From: Chlorokybus atmophyticus
Lineage: Eukaryota > Plantae > Mesostigma and Chlorokybus algae
Direction: 5' to 3'
DNA: 64,000 nucleotides
NCBI GenBank assembly: GCA_009103225.1
Contig: RHPI01000773.1
Coordinates: forward strand, 272,003-336,002
The notes below the pieces were generated by a model. It had not been told where the DNA came from and made no database searches. It saw only the letters and a list, made by a program, of their open reading frames with translations. Position numbers and translations under genes: made by a program. Position 1 is the first letter of the stretch. Each line of letters begins with the position of its first letter. Of this stretch, positions 37,226-51,540 are shown one piece after another.

Positions 37226-38516
37226 ATGGGTAAGCGCTTGATAGTGTTGTCAATCATGTAACTTGTCGTCGCACGGTAGGGTGCAAGGATTGGTCTGGAG
37301 CTGGTGGTATTGCGCTTGTGCTCAGCTGGCGTTTCAACAGTGTTGTGGTCGCATTGGGGTGCCTGATCTGCCAGACTCAACAACCGCAGTGATCTGGTTT
37401 ACTTAATTGTTGTCCCGAGGAAGTGCGCACGTGAGTTGCATGTTTATTATTGTACAGATCGCCTCAAACATTGCTGCATGCACAGCGCAGCACACACTGC
37501 TTTCTTTTCGCCAAAGCATCACCAGTAGATCTAGCTGATAGCAATTGCAATCCTGCCCAAGCAATTGCCATTCAATCGCCATTTTACTTGTAATATCTTT
37601 TGTTGAGACTAGGGTTGTCTATGGTCAGGTGCCTATAAGTACGTAGAGGAGCTGTGGAAGCGCAAGCAGAGCGATGTCATGCGCTTCTTGATGCGCGTGC
37701 GATGCTGGGAGTACCGCCACTTGCCTTCCGTTGTGCGCGTGTCCCGCCCTTCGCGCCCGGACAAGGCTCGCCGCCTCGGTTACAAGGCCAAGCAGGTTGA
37801 CTAAGCAGATAGATTGCAGTCTCAGCATTCGGTGTTACAGTGGTTGGTAGGTACAGAACCAACATGTGTGCTTCTCAGGGTTTGGTGATTTACCGCGTGC
37901 GCATTCGCCGTGGTGGCCGCAAGCGTCCGGTGTCCAAGGGTATTGTTTACGGTAAGCCCAAGTCTCAGGGTATCACGCAGTTGAAGGCGCAGCGCAACCA
38001 CCGCAGCGTCGCCGAGGAGCGTGCGGGACGTCGCTGCGGCGGTCTGCGCGTCCTCAACTCGTACTGGGTGAACCAGGTAGGTGCCCATTCTTGCTCTCAG
38101 CGTGCATCATGTCGCAAAGCGTGGTGGGATGGCAACTTTGTTAAGAAGCTCAGCTATATGCATTCTGGTTGTATCTACAGTTGTTACTGACAGCTCTATC
38201 AGTTAACACTGGCTCATGGCGTTGTTTTCCTGCAACGCGTGTGGTTGATGTGCTTGTGATGCTGTCACAGGACTCTACCTTCAAGTACTACGAGGTCATC
38301 TTGGTGGATCCCCACCACAACGCCGTGCGCAAGGACCCCCGCCTCAACTGGATATGCAACCCCGTCCACAAGCACCGCGAGCTCCGGGGCCTCACCTCGG
38401 CCGGCAAGGCCTACCGTGGCCTGCGCGGCAAGGGCCATCTGTACCACAAGAACAGGCCCTCGCGCCGCGCTGCCTGGAAGAGGAACAACACACTGTCTCT
38501 CAAGCGATACCGGTAG
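37226..38516 (+). CDS. RPL15: 60S ribosomal protein L15 (exons 37226-37229, 37629-37795, 37879-38076, 38271-38516)
   Basis: [31 protein letters not shown]...[11 protein letters not shown]...[13 protein letters not shown], with canonical GT-AG junctions. Confidence 0.98.
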
Positions 38517-39275
38517 ACTGCTGCTGGTTAGCGGTGGCCTATTGCTGTGCTGGATTGTTGTCGACTCGACATTGTATTACAGATCGCTTTGTCACATGGC
38601 TGCTTGTGCATATGCGCTGAAACGCTCTACTGCCGAGTCACAATGGTATCACATGGGCCGTAACCTTGTTGTTTGGACAGAGTATATGACTGCTACTACT
38701 GACTTGCTACTAGGATATTGTGACCGGCTGTTCACTACATAATGCCACTGCTTAATTGCAAACCATGCCTCCTGTGAACATGTCGCTTTTGAGAAAGGCT
38801 TGCACATATTCAAACTAGGGTATTCTGGAAGAAATGTTCTTGATTCCAAGGTTGGGACAGCCTGTTGGACAGGTTCTTTGGTAGGTATGCCTGTATGCTT
38901 GTAACTTAACCATCAATAATGTTTGCAATGGGCAACATGCACAATTGGAGTTGCACGGACGATGTTCGGACCACACATGGTACATCGGTGTGAGGTACAA
39001 GGTTGTGGCCTGCGTCGCAGCTCATGTCGTACCATCCATTTCATTGCCATCAACAAGACCATCTTATATAGAAGCGCTCGAGGTGTGCAATGATAGGCTG
39101 CCGCTGCAGCTTACACGCATCCAGTTGTTGTGAGCATTATGTCCATTTGCACTCTGAAAACTGCATTGTAGCATAAGCGGTGCTGTACTCAGCTGGTAGT
39201 GAACATGCATGACAGCAACAACGACTCTGAGTGAGATTGCCATACACGCTACTATTGAAAGAATTGCATTGCTTG

Positions 39276-42200
39276 TTACCAACCGCCCTGGAAGCCGCCC
39301 CCACCACCCGGAAACCCACCATCAAACGTGAAGTGAAACGTTTGCTGTTGATGCATGTTTTGGTGGTGTCCGGGCCAACCCCCAGGACCCCCTCCACCCC
39401 CCTGATCATTAATGTCTTCTCCCCTGTCATAGCGAGCTTTCAACTCCTCGTTGGTCAACACCTGTGACATAGAATGAATAAGATCCAAAGAATGGCAAAT
39501 TACACAGAGGCGCCAAGTCTCTATGGGTGTATCCGTGCATCGCCGGTAGACCAACCTCATAAGCTTCAGCAACGGCGTGAAACTTCTTCTCCGCCTCCTC
39601 TTTGTTGTCGGTGTTCTTGTCAGGATGCCATTGCAGCGCGAGCCGCTTGTAAGCCTTCTTGATGTCGGCTGTACTCGCAGTTCTGTCAATACCAAGTTCT
39701 TTGTAATAATCTTTCCTAAGGCTCATCTTCAAAAGCCGTTCTGCGCGCTGCAAGGCTTCATGGATGCGCCGATCCTGCATAGCACACATTTGTTCATGAA
39801 CTCTGCTTCTGCACTACCTACATTCACAGAAGGTAAATGGCGTCACAATGAAATTGAACGCCATCGTTTAGCTGCCCGCCCCCTCTTCCCAACCAATAGC
39901 AACACAAATGACAGTTCGCATGCCGGCCAGGCCGCATATCTGTACATATGCTACCTGAGGGTTCTTCTCCTTGGCATTTCTGAAGTCCTGAATGGCGGAC
40001 TCGTAATCTTCTAGCAGCAGCTTGGCCTCGCCGCGCTCAATGATTGCCTCTAGCTGAAGACCCACGGATAAGCCGTGTGACCATCAAGCATGCTACCACA
40101 ACTTCATGCAACATGCGGGGAAATGCACATTGAGCCCTCATGCAGCAGCATCTCTGCAAAGGCCTGAGGTGGTGTACTATGGCCACCTACCTGTTCAGAA
40201 TCAATCTCTAAGGCTTGGTTACAAGACTGGAGCGCATCTTTGGCTTTCTTGAGCTTGACTTGCGACTTACAGAGGCCTATCAACAGCTCCAGGTTCATCA
40301 GAGTGTGCTCAGGGTCCACCTAGCAGAGTGAAGAGAGGTGAGGGGTAAAAGCCCAAAGCGACCACAATACAACTTGACAACTGAACTTGAATGCTGCTTG
40401 CAGGATCTAGATTAAAACTTGCAGACATGATGCCGACACGTAACGTTGCGAACCAGCTATGACCAATCCACTGAGTTATTACGACAGCTGTACCTCCAAT
40501 GCTGACTTGAAATCATCTACAGCTGCAGCATGCTTTCCCGCCTCTGCTTCGGCTTTCGCGCTGGCGGCAAGCTTATCAAGCTGTTTCACCTTTCGATACT
40601 CTTTCTTGCACTCTGTGTGCTCAGGGTCAGACTGCAAAGCCTTCCGATAGTGCCTGCATTGTATAGTACGACAAGTTTTCGGGTTGGCCAAATAACAGAA
40701 CAGCTATGAACAATTGGACACTTGATGATTGACTGCACCATGTGGATACTACACACATGCATGCATGCATGGCGGTTCTGCACAGCTGTTAAAGCCACTG
40801 ACCTCATTGCAACCTCATGGTCCTTGAGGCGGTAGTATCCTCGGCCACGCCAGAGTAGAGCTTGAATGTGATCAGGAGCCAATTTGAGTATCTTCCCGGT
40901 TTCTGCGACAACTGTATCCCAGTCGCCAAAGGATGCTGCAAGCTCGGCAGATAGCAACCGTGCCTGGGATATAACCGAATAACAAGTAATCAAGGGTCAT
41001 CAATACCATCTTTGAAATTTTGAGTACAGCAGCCTGTGCCGCCAATGGATTTACCACATGGCCTCAAGTGTAGCACTGTACAGCCGACTGCCAATACAAA
41101 CAACACGGAATGGATGTCATACCTCAACACAATCTGGTATCTGTTCTAGCGCCATGTTGAGGTACTGCTGAGCGTGCTTGAGATTGTCGTTATCTTGCCA
41201 GCTGTATGCATACTCCAGGTTTTGGCGCGCAGTCTGTGCCAATCCAAGCGTGTAAAAATTAATCCAACAATCTAGCTGTGATGTCTAGTGAGCAACAGCA
41301 AGACTTCAGGAGAGCTATACGCTACTTTTGTATACGATACAATAAGTACTGCATTACCTCCAGTATGTGTTTCTCTTCCGTGGCTGCCTTGTGACCTGCC
41401 CTGATCCGCAGGATTTCTGCAAAGTCCTGTGCTGCCGCGTCAAACTGGCAACACTGCCGCCTTAGTCTACCTCTATGTAGGTACCCCTGGATAAAAGAGG
41501 GGTCCACCTGCACCGCCATGTCCAAGTCCTGGCATACCATCGCACACAGTGGTGTGAGGGATACAACTAACGCACTCGATTACGTATTTCATGAACAGCA
41601 CACAAGGCTTTGCAGTAGGCAGGCAGGCGTCTCACCCTCAACGCCTCACTGTTAAGCCTTTGCTGCAAGTACGCAGCTGCCCGCTTCGTATACCCCAATG
41701 GTGCATTCGGATCCGATTCTGCATTCAGAAACTGCTTTGCTCACAGCACCGACATATTAAATTGCATTCTGCTCCTGAGCGCTGGAACCATGCTCCATAC
41801 CTATAGCTGTTGTATAATGCCGAACTGCAATCGAATACAAACCCTGTGCAACCGCTGAATCGCCATCCCGCATGGCGCCTGCAAGGCACAATACAACATA
41901 CAAGCATGTCATACATGTGCAGAGCTGGAGCTGTCATGTACGTGAAACACCACGCCATGAAGCTGCAGCTTGGAAAGGCGCATGTACAACAGCTGCTTGG
42001 CCAGTGCACACAAAGCACAGTACTGGCAGCCTTTGACAACTAGTAGCTTGTGCGTGAAATTGCAATCGCACGACACAATGCTTCTGACCAACAGTTACAA
42101 CAACAGCAAACCGTCTAGTAAGATTATTTCGTTGAGAGCTGCTGTTAAAGTACGTGAACAACAAGAGGGTACCATTGCAACTGTCGTGCACAATGGCCAA

Positions 42201-42323
42201 CCAACACAGCAGTACATGCTGCTTACCAGCGCCATCGCTTTTCGCATACGTTGCTTTGGCTGAGAAGCAAACAAGCAGTACCAAAGCAGCAGTAGAGCAC
42301 AATGCCGTCGCCGCTGGTGCCAT
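39276..42323 (-). CDS. P58IPK: P58IPK/DNAJC3-like TPR plus J-domain ER co-chaperone (multi-exon)
   Basis: Signal-peptide-like N-terminus and TPR-like exons. The J domain reads RKDYYKELG...[15 protein letters not shown], and a Gly/Phe-rich tail follows. Confidence 0.9.
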
Positions 42324-42778
42324 GCTGAGAGCCAAAGCTGTGCTGCGCAGAGCAGCTAACGGTCTGCGTCAGTTCACATGCTTGGCCTTACGCACTGCAT
42401 TGCGCAGCAGCGCTGCTTCCTTCAAGCGTCCTAGTGTTGATAAGCTACATTCAGCATAGAAGCATCCCAGTCCACTCCCCCGCCCGCTAGACACCTCCAG
42501 CGACACCGCCGACGACACAGCCAGCTGGCAGCTCAACAAGCTCCGCCTTGGTTAGACTGAAGCCGTCAGCAGCCAAACATCCCAGTCTGGTTAGCTTTAA
42601 TACAGTACGTTAACTAGACTTGCGGGTAGATTGGCAGACACTCCAGCTCTAAGCCTTAACTGCAATAATGTAATGCAGCCAGTGTAGCATTTTGCGTAGC
42701 GAAGGCGGCGGTGGCGGTGGCGGTGGCGGTGGCGCCCGGCTGGTGGAGGAAGCCGTCGAGGTCGTCATGGCCGTTGCC

Positions 42779-45700
42779 ATGCCGAGAGTGGTTCTTTCTT
42801 GCGTGCCTCCTGCTTGCTCTGTCCTTCGAGCAGAGTCTCCTTCGTCTGCGCCACCATGTTCTGGGCGTTCTGGACGTCGCAGCAGCAAGCGGCAGCGGCG
42901 GAGTGCGCTGTCTTGCTGCGCTTCCCAACCCAACCGTGAGGGAGAGGACCAGCTGGACGTTAACAAGCTATCTGATGGTCTCGGTAAGCTTTGCATGCTT
43001 CCAGCGCTGTCATGTCGAAGCTGTAGTACTTGCCGCTAGTTGGCGCAACACAGCTCATTCAAGTTCGCTTGGTATACTTGTCATTCGGCAGTCAAGCCAC
43101 GAGAATTGAGGTTGAGTGCATGGCAGTAAGAGCTGGGATCCTCCCTTTGGTCACCAACCATTACCACAAGACAGCAGCAGTCAAACGCCATGCTTTGCGT
43201 GGGCGCTTGTTTGAGTATGATTTCAAGCTCACCTCTAGGCTGTAAGGTTGCAATTGTACAGCACACGCACTTGACCGCAGTCGCAAGCATGCAGCGTGTG
43301 TTGTGTATTGCATATGACTTAGCATTGGACACATTCAAGCACTGCAGCAGATTAACCATTACACTGGCATATGCCTTGAGCTTGGTCAATTGTGTCCTGT
43401 TTTGTCAATTGTAGACTTTTTTGCTTTACTTCTGTTTTCCAAATTAAGAAGGGTGGGAGGTGGTTTGGGTCATCCTGGTGAACACGCTATCTTGCCTTGC
43501 TGAAGACTGACCTGCCCTTCTGTATCGCAGCTTGGGTTAATCGTGTGGTTGCTGTCAGCGCAGTTGCTGCTGCTGCAAACGGTGTGGCAGCAGCTCCTGC
43601 TGAGGCCAGGACACGGCGACACTTACGGCAAACTGCGCCTGCTCAGCAGCGCAACTTTACTGAGCCAGCACCAACCCTATCGTCCTCAAGTGCCAGGACT
43701 CAAGCGGCTTCACAGGACCCGGATGTTTTTACTCTCAGTGTCGATGTTGGAGCCATCAAGCGCCGCCTCCGTCAGTTCACGAACAGCGCAGTGCGCTCGG
43801 CAAATAGGGTGGCCAACATACGGGCTGATTCAGGTACAGTTGTTGGAAGATCAGACACCTGCCATCGCTTTGACTCCTGGCAGCAGCTGCAGCATTTGCT
43901 ACTGGTGTTTATGGATAGGCTGGAGCACACGTTGCGCGCTGCTATAACCATTGTAACAACTCGTACATTGCTGAAGAGCAGTTACTTATTGATGTATGCA
44001 GGTAGCGACTACTCAACTACTACGCATTTTCCAACTTACGAGCAGGCACCCCCACCGCCCAAATCATCCGCACCTTCTATATCTGGAATGGACAAGAGCT
44101 CTTTGCTGGTGGTTGCTGCAGCTGTCGGCATCTTTGCTTTGCAAAAGTTTGTTGGTGGCAGCAGGTAATGTGAACCTGGTGGACACATGTGATTGCTCTT
44201 GCTTGTGTCCGTCACAGCATGTGATGGATACAAGCACGGACAATCCAGCTTGCCTGCAGCAAAACAAACAGTGACACATGGTTACTGCATGCCAGCTGGC
44301 ACGCACAAGCAGAATGTGCTTATGATCAGGCCTACATTCACGCTGATGCTTTGTACAAGCAGCAGAAGGTTGAAATGTGTGCATGTGTGCGTGCACGCAT
44401 GTCTCTGTTGCTTTGTTGCTGGGCCTGTTTGCTTGCGAACAGCCTGCACTCGCTCACTCATGCACGATGCACAATGACATCCATGCAGATCAAACCGCAA
44501 CGCACGGGTGGTCCGGGACCGGTCAATGGGTGGAAAGGAAGTTGTGGTTCGAGACTCGCCACTGGATTGGAATCACAACACAGCAGGGCAGTCCTTTGAC
44601 GACAGGCTGAGGTAATAGTCACAGAGTTAACATGCGGTCATAAGATGCTTTTTTGTTGCTGCAACTGACAGCAGACACCAGCGAGTGCCTAGGGTCTGCA
44701 TATGTGTGTCTTGCTCATTGACGCATCCCTTGTGCGGTGTTTGTTTGTCATTTGTGAGCCATATCTGCATACACCTGTATACAGCAACAATGCAGACTTC
44801 AGGCGTTGTGGCCATTGATGTTCACCATCATTGCACTCTCAGGTACCGCAAGACAACAGCAGCTGCCAAATCTGTACCTTCTCCTCTGGGTCCTCTTGGT
44901 GAAGATGACTTCCGCAGCGAGCGCGCGCGGCGTGAAAGAGAGGCAGAGTCTGCTGCGCTGCGAGCTGATAAGGAGACCAGTGCCAGTGAAGGTCCGCTGC
45001 CTGCATGGTGGAAGATTCCAGAGACGGTGTTTGTGACACCACAGCGTCGCCAAGCAGCCGTGCAGGTGATTAGCAGGTCACGCAGTGATTTTGCAACCAT
45101 ACACACTCTTCCACAAGCATGCATCAGTCTGTCAACATGCACTCCAATTTTAACTCAGTGCTTGTTGACATTTCATCATGCTTGCCACATAGCACTTGAG
45201 TAACTGTCATCCCTGCAACATGTTGTTGCATGTGTGTACAGCTAATGTGATCTATACATGCGGATGGCAGGCTGCTACGGCGACACTGAAGCGCATGACA
45301 GATGCGCGTCTGGTGGGGCGCGAGTTTGTTGAGGAGGACTTGATGGCGTTGAATGAGCAGTGCCGTGACTACGGTGTTGAGCTGCAGTTGGAGACGCCAG
45401 CCCTGCGTGATGCGATCTATCGTGCGGCTGTCAATCTAGCAATCAATGCCGCAGAGAAGGGCGGTACTCCAAACATTGCCAGCCCCGCGGATGCGGTGGA
45501 GTTTGTCTCCAGCTTCGCTCATGCCATCAGTGTTCCCAGCAGCCGTGCAGTTGTGCTTGTCCAGGCCGCAGTTGCTGCTGAAGTTCGCAACCTTCTATTG
45601 CAGGTACCTGTGCACATTGGTAGCATCAGTCCAAATCTCAGAGTCAGTGTGCAATAAGCCTGCGTGCACGCGCGCGCGTGTATGCAAGCGCATGAGCATG

Positions 45701-46037
45701 CGCTTGAGAGGTTATTGTTTGAACCAATGCTTGGCTCTGTACCTCACATGTGCGCCTCCTGTTGATTATATAGGCAGCGGCTCTGGTGAGGCAAGGCCGA
45801 CAAGCCGAGACAGTCAGCGAGATGATGCAGCTGGCAAACATTCTGGCCACCTTTCCCCCGCCTCCCGCTGCGGCTGAGATTGGCATGGTGGCCGGCAGCT
45901 TGCAGTCAAAAATATCGCTTCCGGAGCGAGAAATTCTTTATGGCCTGTTTCTAAACGGCAACCACGCGCCTGACTCTGCATCGACGGTGCGGGAAGCTCT
46001 GGGATTGGACCAGCGATCAGCGCCGGTCAACAGGTAG
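42779..46037 (+). CDS. Uncharacterised putative plastid-targeted membrane protein (multi-exon)
   Basis: Ser/Arg-rich transit-like start and a TM-like SSLLVVAAAVGIFALQ. An in-frame splice leads to VVRDRSMGGKEVVV, and a helical C-terminus ends ALGLDQRSAPVNR*. Confidence 0.65.
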
Positions 46038-46849
46038 CCTCGAAAAGCAGCACACTCAATGCCGCAGCTCACCCAATTGCAAGTGTTGCTCGTGTCGTAG
46101 AGGCTAGAAAGTAGTGTCGTAGTTGGGCAGCTGTTATGTTGTTGCTCTGTTGTTACTACTGCATTCTGTGCCGTTTGTAACAGTGTGCAACACCAATGTT
46201 CGTCTGCTTGTCGACTCTGCTTTTGTGCTATGTGCGGTCAGCATTGGGATGCCGGTTAGTTTGGTGGAAGTTTGTATGTTGTGTGGCAAAGCAATGCTTG
46301 ATGCATCACTGGCAAGCAGCAGTGCACGTGTGCTGGCCAGTTAACGTGATGCCCACACCATGCTTGTTACCAACCTTCATGCCCTTGTTAGCAGCAACCA
46401 TTGCCTATTGTCAATCTGCATAACGCCAGTGCAGCTCGGATGTGTTATGCAATCACATAGTAACAGCAAACCAAGGACAACCACATGGGGTCTTTTCATG
46501 TGTCAACTTGGCATAGGTACGATGTGCGACAGGAGAGCCTGCTGTGGCAGTCTGCAGCACCTCCCGTTGCGCATTGTTTGTGCGATATGTGATGTGGATG
46601 TCATCTGGTATACGCCATGCAACATGTCATTAGTGGTCAAGTCAGATGCTGGGTACAGGAACAAGCATACATGTACACTGCACTCTGCATTGCTAGTAGT
46701 GTTGTATAGACACGCAATAGGTAGTGAAAACAAACATATTGTGTGCTACGCGTTGGAGGCAAGTAAGCGCGCAGCTGCAGAACGTTTTCTCTGCCCAATG
46801 TAGGCCATAAAAACAACTTAATCACTATGCTCTAATCGTAACGCAGAGC

Positions 46850-49745
46850 TCTATGCACAAATGTACAGGTTCTGGTAGTATGTTATCTGTGCAGCCATGG
46901 AGCAAGCCTTTAACATCACGACATTCTATGTGTGCAATGCTCGCACGCCTTTGGCATGCGGCGGCAAGCTCCTCGTAGTATCGGCAAAACCTTGATACTT
47001 CTTTGCCACTCGGGCTTTGCGCTCGAAGCGTCGGTGAAGACGATCGTGCAAACTGCTGTTGTTGCTGCTTCTGCTGCTGGTGTTGATGCCCATTCCTCCT
47101 CGAAGGTATGGTCTTCGCGCTCTTCTTCAGAGGTAAAGGAATGTGGGGTGGAGGGCTCGCTGTCATCAGCTATCTGTGCCGTCCTTGCTGCAGTTATCTG
47201 TTCTTGCGCACCTGCCATCATGACTGCACAACAACAATGCGAACCGATGAGGAACTGTGTGGCCAGCCCAAACAATGTCATTGACTGGTTGATTGAACAA
47301 CAGGACTGAACAAACAAGGTGCTCACTGAGTTTGCTGGGTGGCAACTATAGGCACCAAGGCGCTGTCACTACACACAGACAGAGGCAACGCTTGTAGTCA
47401 AATGCAACAAAGAGTACAGACGCACAGCCTTGTTAAACATATACGATGCGCACGTGTCCACATGATGGTTGCTCTCAATAACGTCATGTTGGTTGTTAGC
47501 AAGGACAAGACCGCTAAGCAGCAGCATTAGTGACAACGACTTGGCAGACAACAGCAGCGGCAGCAAGAAGACTCTGAATCTTACCTATGTGCAACGGCAG
47601 CGTCTTCCTTGCTATTGCCAAGAAGATAGTCGATTTCCACCACGCGACTGGGGTGATATTGCGTGTATGCCTCCTGATTTGCAGATGCGACAGCTTTGTT
47701 GAAAGACCTCTTCTTCATCAGGTCCACATCAACAGCCCTTACACACGCCGGCAGCATGGCCACTGCAGACTCTCTGGCCAGCTTGTTGACGATGGTCACA
47801 GCCGCTTTCGCCATTTGGCTCAGCGCATAGGTAAAAACACACACGCTTGTGCCAAGCAGGTGAAGCACACACACTCACGCAAGCAACGCCCTCTTTCACA
47901 CACAATGTCGCCGCCGCCCACGCACATAGCAAGAGCAAACAACAGCGATCACAGTGCTGCCGCCGATGCAGTTAGACTGACCGCGGCGTCTAGCTTAACC
48001 ATGATTCTGGCATGCTACCGATATCAGTCTAAAATACCCGCGCAATCATCGATATCTGAGTTTCTTACGCAACGTTGTCTTCGCGGTGGGCCGGTTACCC
48101 TTGCAGTTAGACTGACCACAGAAAGTTCCCGCCGAAAACTGAATGCAAGTGATGCGCACTGCAAGCTGCCTGCGGGCGGGCGGCACAGCCAGGTAGCGCT
48201 ACAAGAAGAAGGCGAGACACGACGCGCACTATAGTGGCAGCGGCGGCCTCACAGCCGGGCATTACGATCTCTGTACGAAGGCGGGAACAGGTCCACACTG
48301 CCACGCGGCATTCTCACTCTCTGACACTCAACTTGGGTTACAGCAGATCGGAATGCCCGGCTGTACGCTAGCCACAGCCACAGCAGTGCGCATCATGGTT
48401 CCCGCCTTGCATTCTAAGCAAGGCGGGAACGTCTTGGTCACTTTAACTGTGAAGCTAACCATCTTGCTGCTGAAGACATCGTCAAATGCATAGATATCGA
48501 CAGTTGTGATGAGTGGCTAGCTTTAATATCTGTGGCAGACAGAACCACGGCTAAGTTACACTCCGCAATACAAAGGCTGCTAAGTGCAGCGGCGGCAGCA
48601 TTGTTGTCGCTGTTGTCTGCTCTTGCTATGCGCGAGGGCGGCGGCGGCATTGTGTGCGAGTGAGAGCGCGCGATCGCTATGAGTGTGTGTGCTTGCGCCT
48701 GCTTTATACAAGCGTGTGTATATGTGCCTTTGCGTGCGCAGCCAAATGGCGAAAGCCGCTGTGATTATCGTCATCAAGCTGGCCAGAGAGTATGCAGTGG
48801 CCATGCTACCGGCGTGTGTTTGGGCTGTTGATGTTGCCCTGATGGACAAGAGACATTGTAGAGCAGCCGCATTTGCTAGTCAGGAAGAAGCATACGTGCA
48901 GCGGTTCCCCAGCCAAGTGGTGGAAAACGACTATCTGCCTGGCAAAAGCGAGGACGACGCTGTCGTTGCATAGAGATAAGCATCAAATGTTAATGCTGCT
49001 GTTTGCCAAGTCGTTCTGTTGCTGCTGCTTGTTATTGTGTGTTGTTGCTGCTTGTAATTACTGTTCTTGCCAACAACTATCATAACGTTTTTGAGAGCGA
49101 CCATCATGTGGACACTTATGCGTTGTACTCAACAAGCCTTTGATTTGTGTCTGTGCTCTCTGGTGCGATCAAATACCAGCTTTGCCTATGTCTGTGCAAT
49201 GACAGCGTCTTGTTGCCAGTCAGTTGACCATATATCCTCAGTCTCTGCGCCTTGTCTGTTTGGTCCTGTTATTAAGTCCATCAGCCAATGACATGGGCTT
49301 GCCACACAGTGTTGCCTACGTGTTGTCACCCGCCAACACTCAGCAGCTCGTTTGTTCATTCAACCAACCAATGACATGGTTTAAGCTGGCCACACAGTTT
49401 CTTACCAATTTTATTGTTGTTGTACAGTCATGATGGCGAGTGTGCGAGCATAGACAACTGCAGCGAGGACATTGCGGACAGCTATAACAACGAGCCCTCC
49501 ACGCCACATTTCTTTACCTCGGGAGATGAAGGCGACACCTTTAAGGAGTGGGCATCAACACCAACCTCCAGCATCAGCGGTTGGTCGCGAGGATCTTCAC
49601 CAACCCTTCGAGCGCGCAGCCCAAGTGGCAAGGAAGTTGCGAGGCTATGCCAATACTCTGAAGACCTCGCCACCGCATACCAGAGGCATGCAAGCTTAGA
49701 CATTCATGACTACAGGGAATGTTCTATGGCCCATGCAGCATAGAG
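46850..49745. repeat. Large diverged inverted duplication centred near 48300
   Basis: 47708-47818 is the reverse complement of 48742-48852 (about 12 mismatches in 111 nt). Paralogous peptides SSPTLRAxSPSGKEV occur on opposite strands at ~47000 and ~49600. Confidence 0.85.
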
Positions 49746-51540
49746 TTGAACATCACCAAATTAGTCATTGTCGCGCCACGTCTCCTCGACTGCCATATTA
49801 TCTCGATGCACCCACTAGCACAAAGCGAAATGCGCAGGTACTGAAGCTTGCAGCTAACACATGCATGACTAACATGGGGTGGTAGAAGTAGAGTAAGTAG
49901 TAGAGTGTAGCAGGCGCGCAAGCGTATGGTGTAGCCCGGTGGTTTTGTATAAAGTGAGGTGAGTGTCATGCATGCTGTATGTCATCATGACGTCGTGGGT
50001 TGAATATGCATGCGCATATGCAGTCCGCATTGTTTGTACATGTCCACCATGCTGCTACTCATACACAACACTGCAACTTCATGCAATGTATGCTCCTTTT
50101 ACTTCAAGTTACAAAATTATATACTAGCATGTCTAGCTACATGTAGTGAACAGGCTACACGAGGGTGATGATGACGTCCTTCTCCTTCCGGTAGATGTAC
50201 TTGCTGAGCAGGGCACGATAGTATGTGCCAGTGTCACACACTCACAACAACAGTCTCAGCGAAGGCACCAATTGCATACAACACACGAAGATGTATTGCA
50301 CTAGTGTTATGGCACTTGTAACTTGGTATGGTAACTTGCTAACCAGATAGCTACATCTGTTTAATCACACTACTTATACAATGAACAAGTCAATGACACA
50401 TGTCTTAATCTAGCACAACCAATTAAGAATGTAGTAAGCCATGGTTAAATCTACTTGGACTTGCTCTCGTCCAGCTTCAGCTTTGATCCACGCCTCTAAT
50501 GATGAGTGGATTGTCTCCTTGACCAACTCTTGACTGCCACATGGATGCCCACTCCTTCCACCAGTCCTTCTCCACTTACAACTCTTAAAATAGCCCCGAT
50601 TACACCCATCAGATCTGGGTTACGCTGATGTCGAGTTACTCTGACCATAGCTTGCCAAATGCACTTCCCCTCACTCAATAACTTCTTCATTCACCTTCAC
50701 ATCACAAAACCCAACAGACATCATTGTCTATATATGCTTACAAGCATATATAGACAATATCTAACTACCTCATGCCTACAACCAGCCCATAGTCTGTTAT
50801 TGTCCTGCATGTAGTCATAACCCGAGACATTCTAGCTCAAGACCTTCACCGGCATGACAAGATTGACTATACTTCTTGCCTACATTGGACGTTGTATATA
50901 CGCATCAACATGATGGTGCATCGCACTAATCTGGTTGATGAGTCCTGCATCATGCTGTTAACAAATAACACATGTTCTCTGTTGCAATGGCACCGCATGG
51001 GTTGCAAGCTCGTACGTACACATACGGGAGTGCATGCAGGTTGAAACACTGCATATCATGATGTCTTAATGGCAAAAAGACCACCATGGAATTTGAGCAG
51101 AATAAATACTTTGGAGGCACAGCGTCACACTGCAGCTGCAAGATGCCGTACAAACACCAGAGCCACAACATATCGCCATACAACCAGTCAACTACTGCCA
51201 AAAATGGTGACACGCCTTCCGGAGATAAATCTACAGATTCAACCCCATCCCAAGTAGTTCTGAAGGGCCTGGGCTGTACTGTCAAGTATTACAAACATAA
51301 CAAGCTTGCTTTTCAAAAGAATGCGGACATACGATCCATGTCCCTACAGTAGTCCTGGCCACCACTGCAGTGGCAACCAGCTGAGCGATACTGTGCTAAT
51401 TGCAGAACAACACACGCAAACACATGCAGGCATGTCAACAACCCAAGGCAGCCAACAAGAATCATGCCTTATGGCAGCATTCAGAATAGTTACTCCTTAC
51501 TAAGATGCGACGCCTAAATAACCAATCTGCGAGTCATCAA

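Noticed and set aside
44168-44490. Apparent stop ending a separate gene at 44168
   Set aside because: The TAA lies inside a GTAATG donor, and an in-frame splice to ~44488 joins both halves into one gene.
50150-51300. Minus-strand ORF pieces with a BTB-like phrase (SPFLAVVDWLYGD)
   Set aside because: The match is too short and no coherent exon chain could be built.
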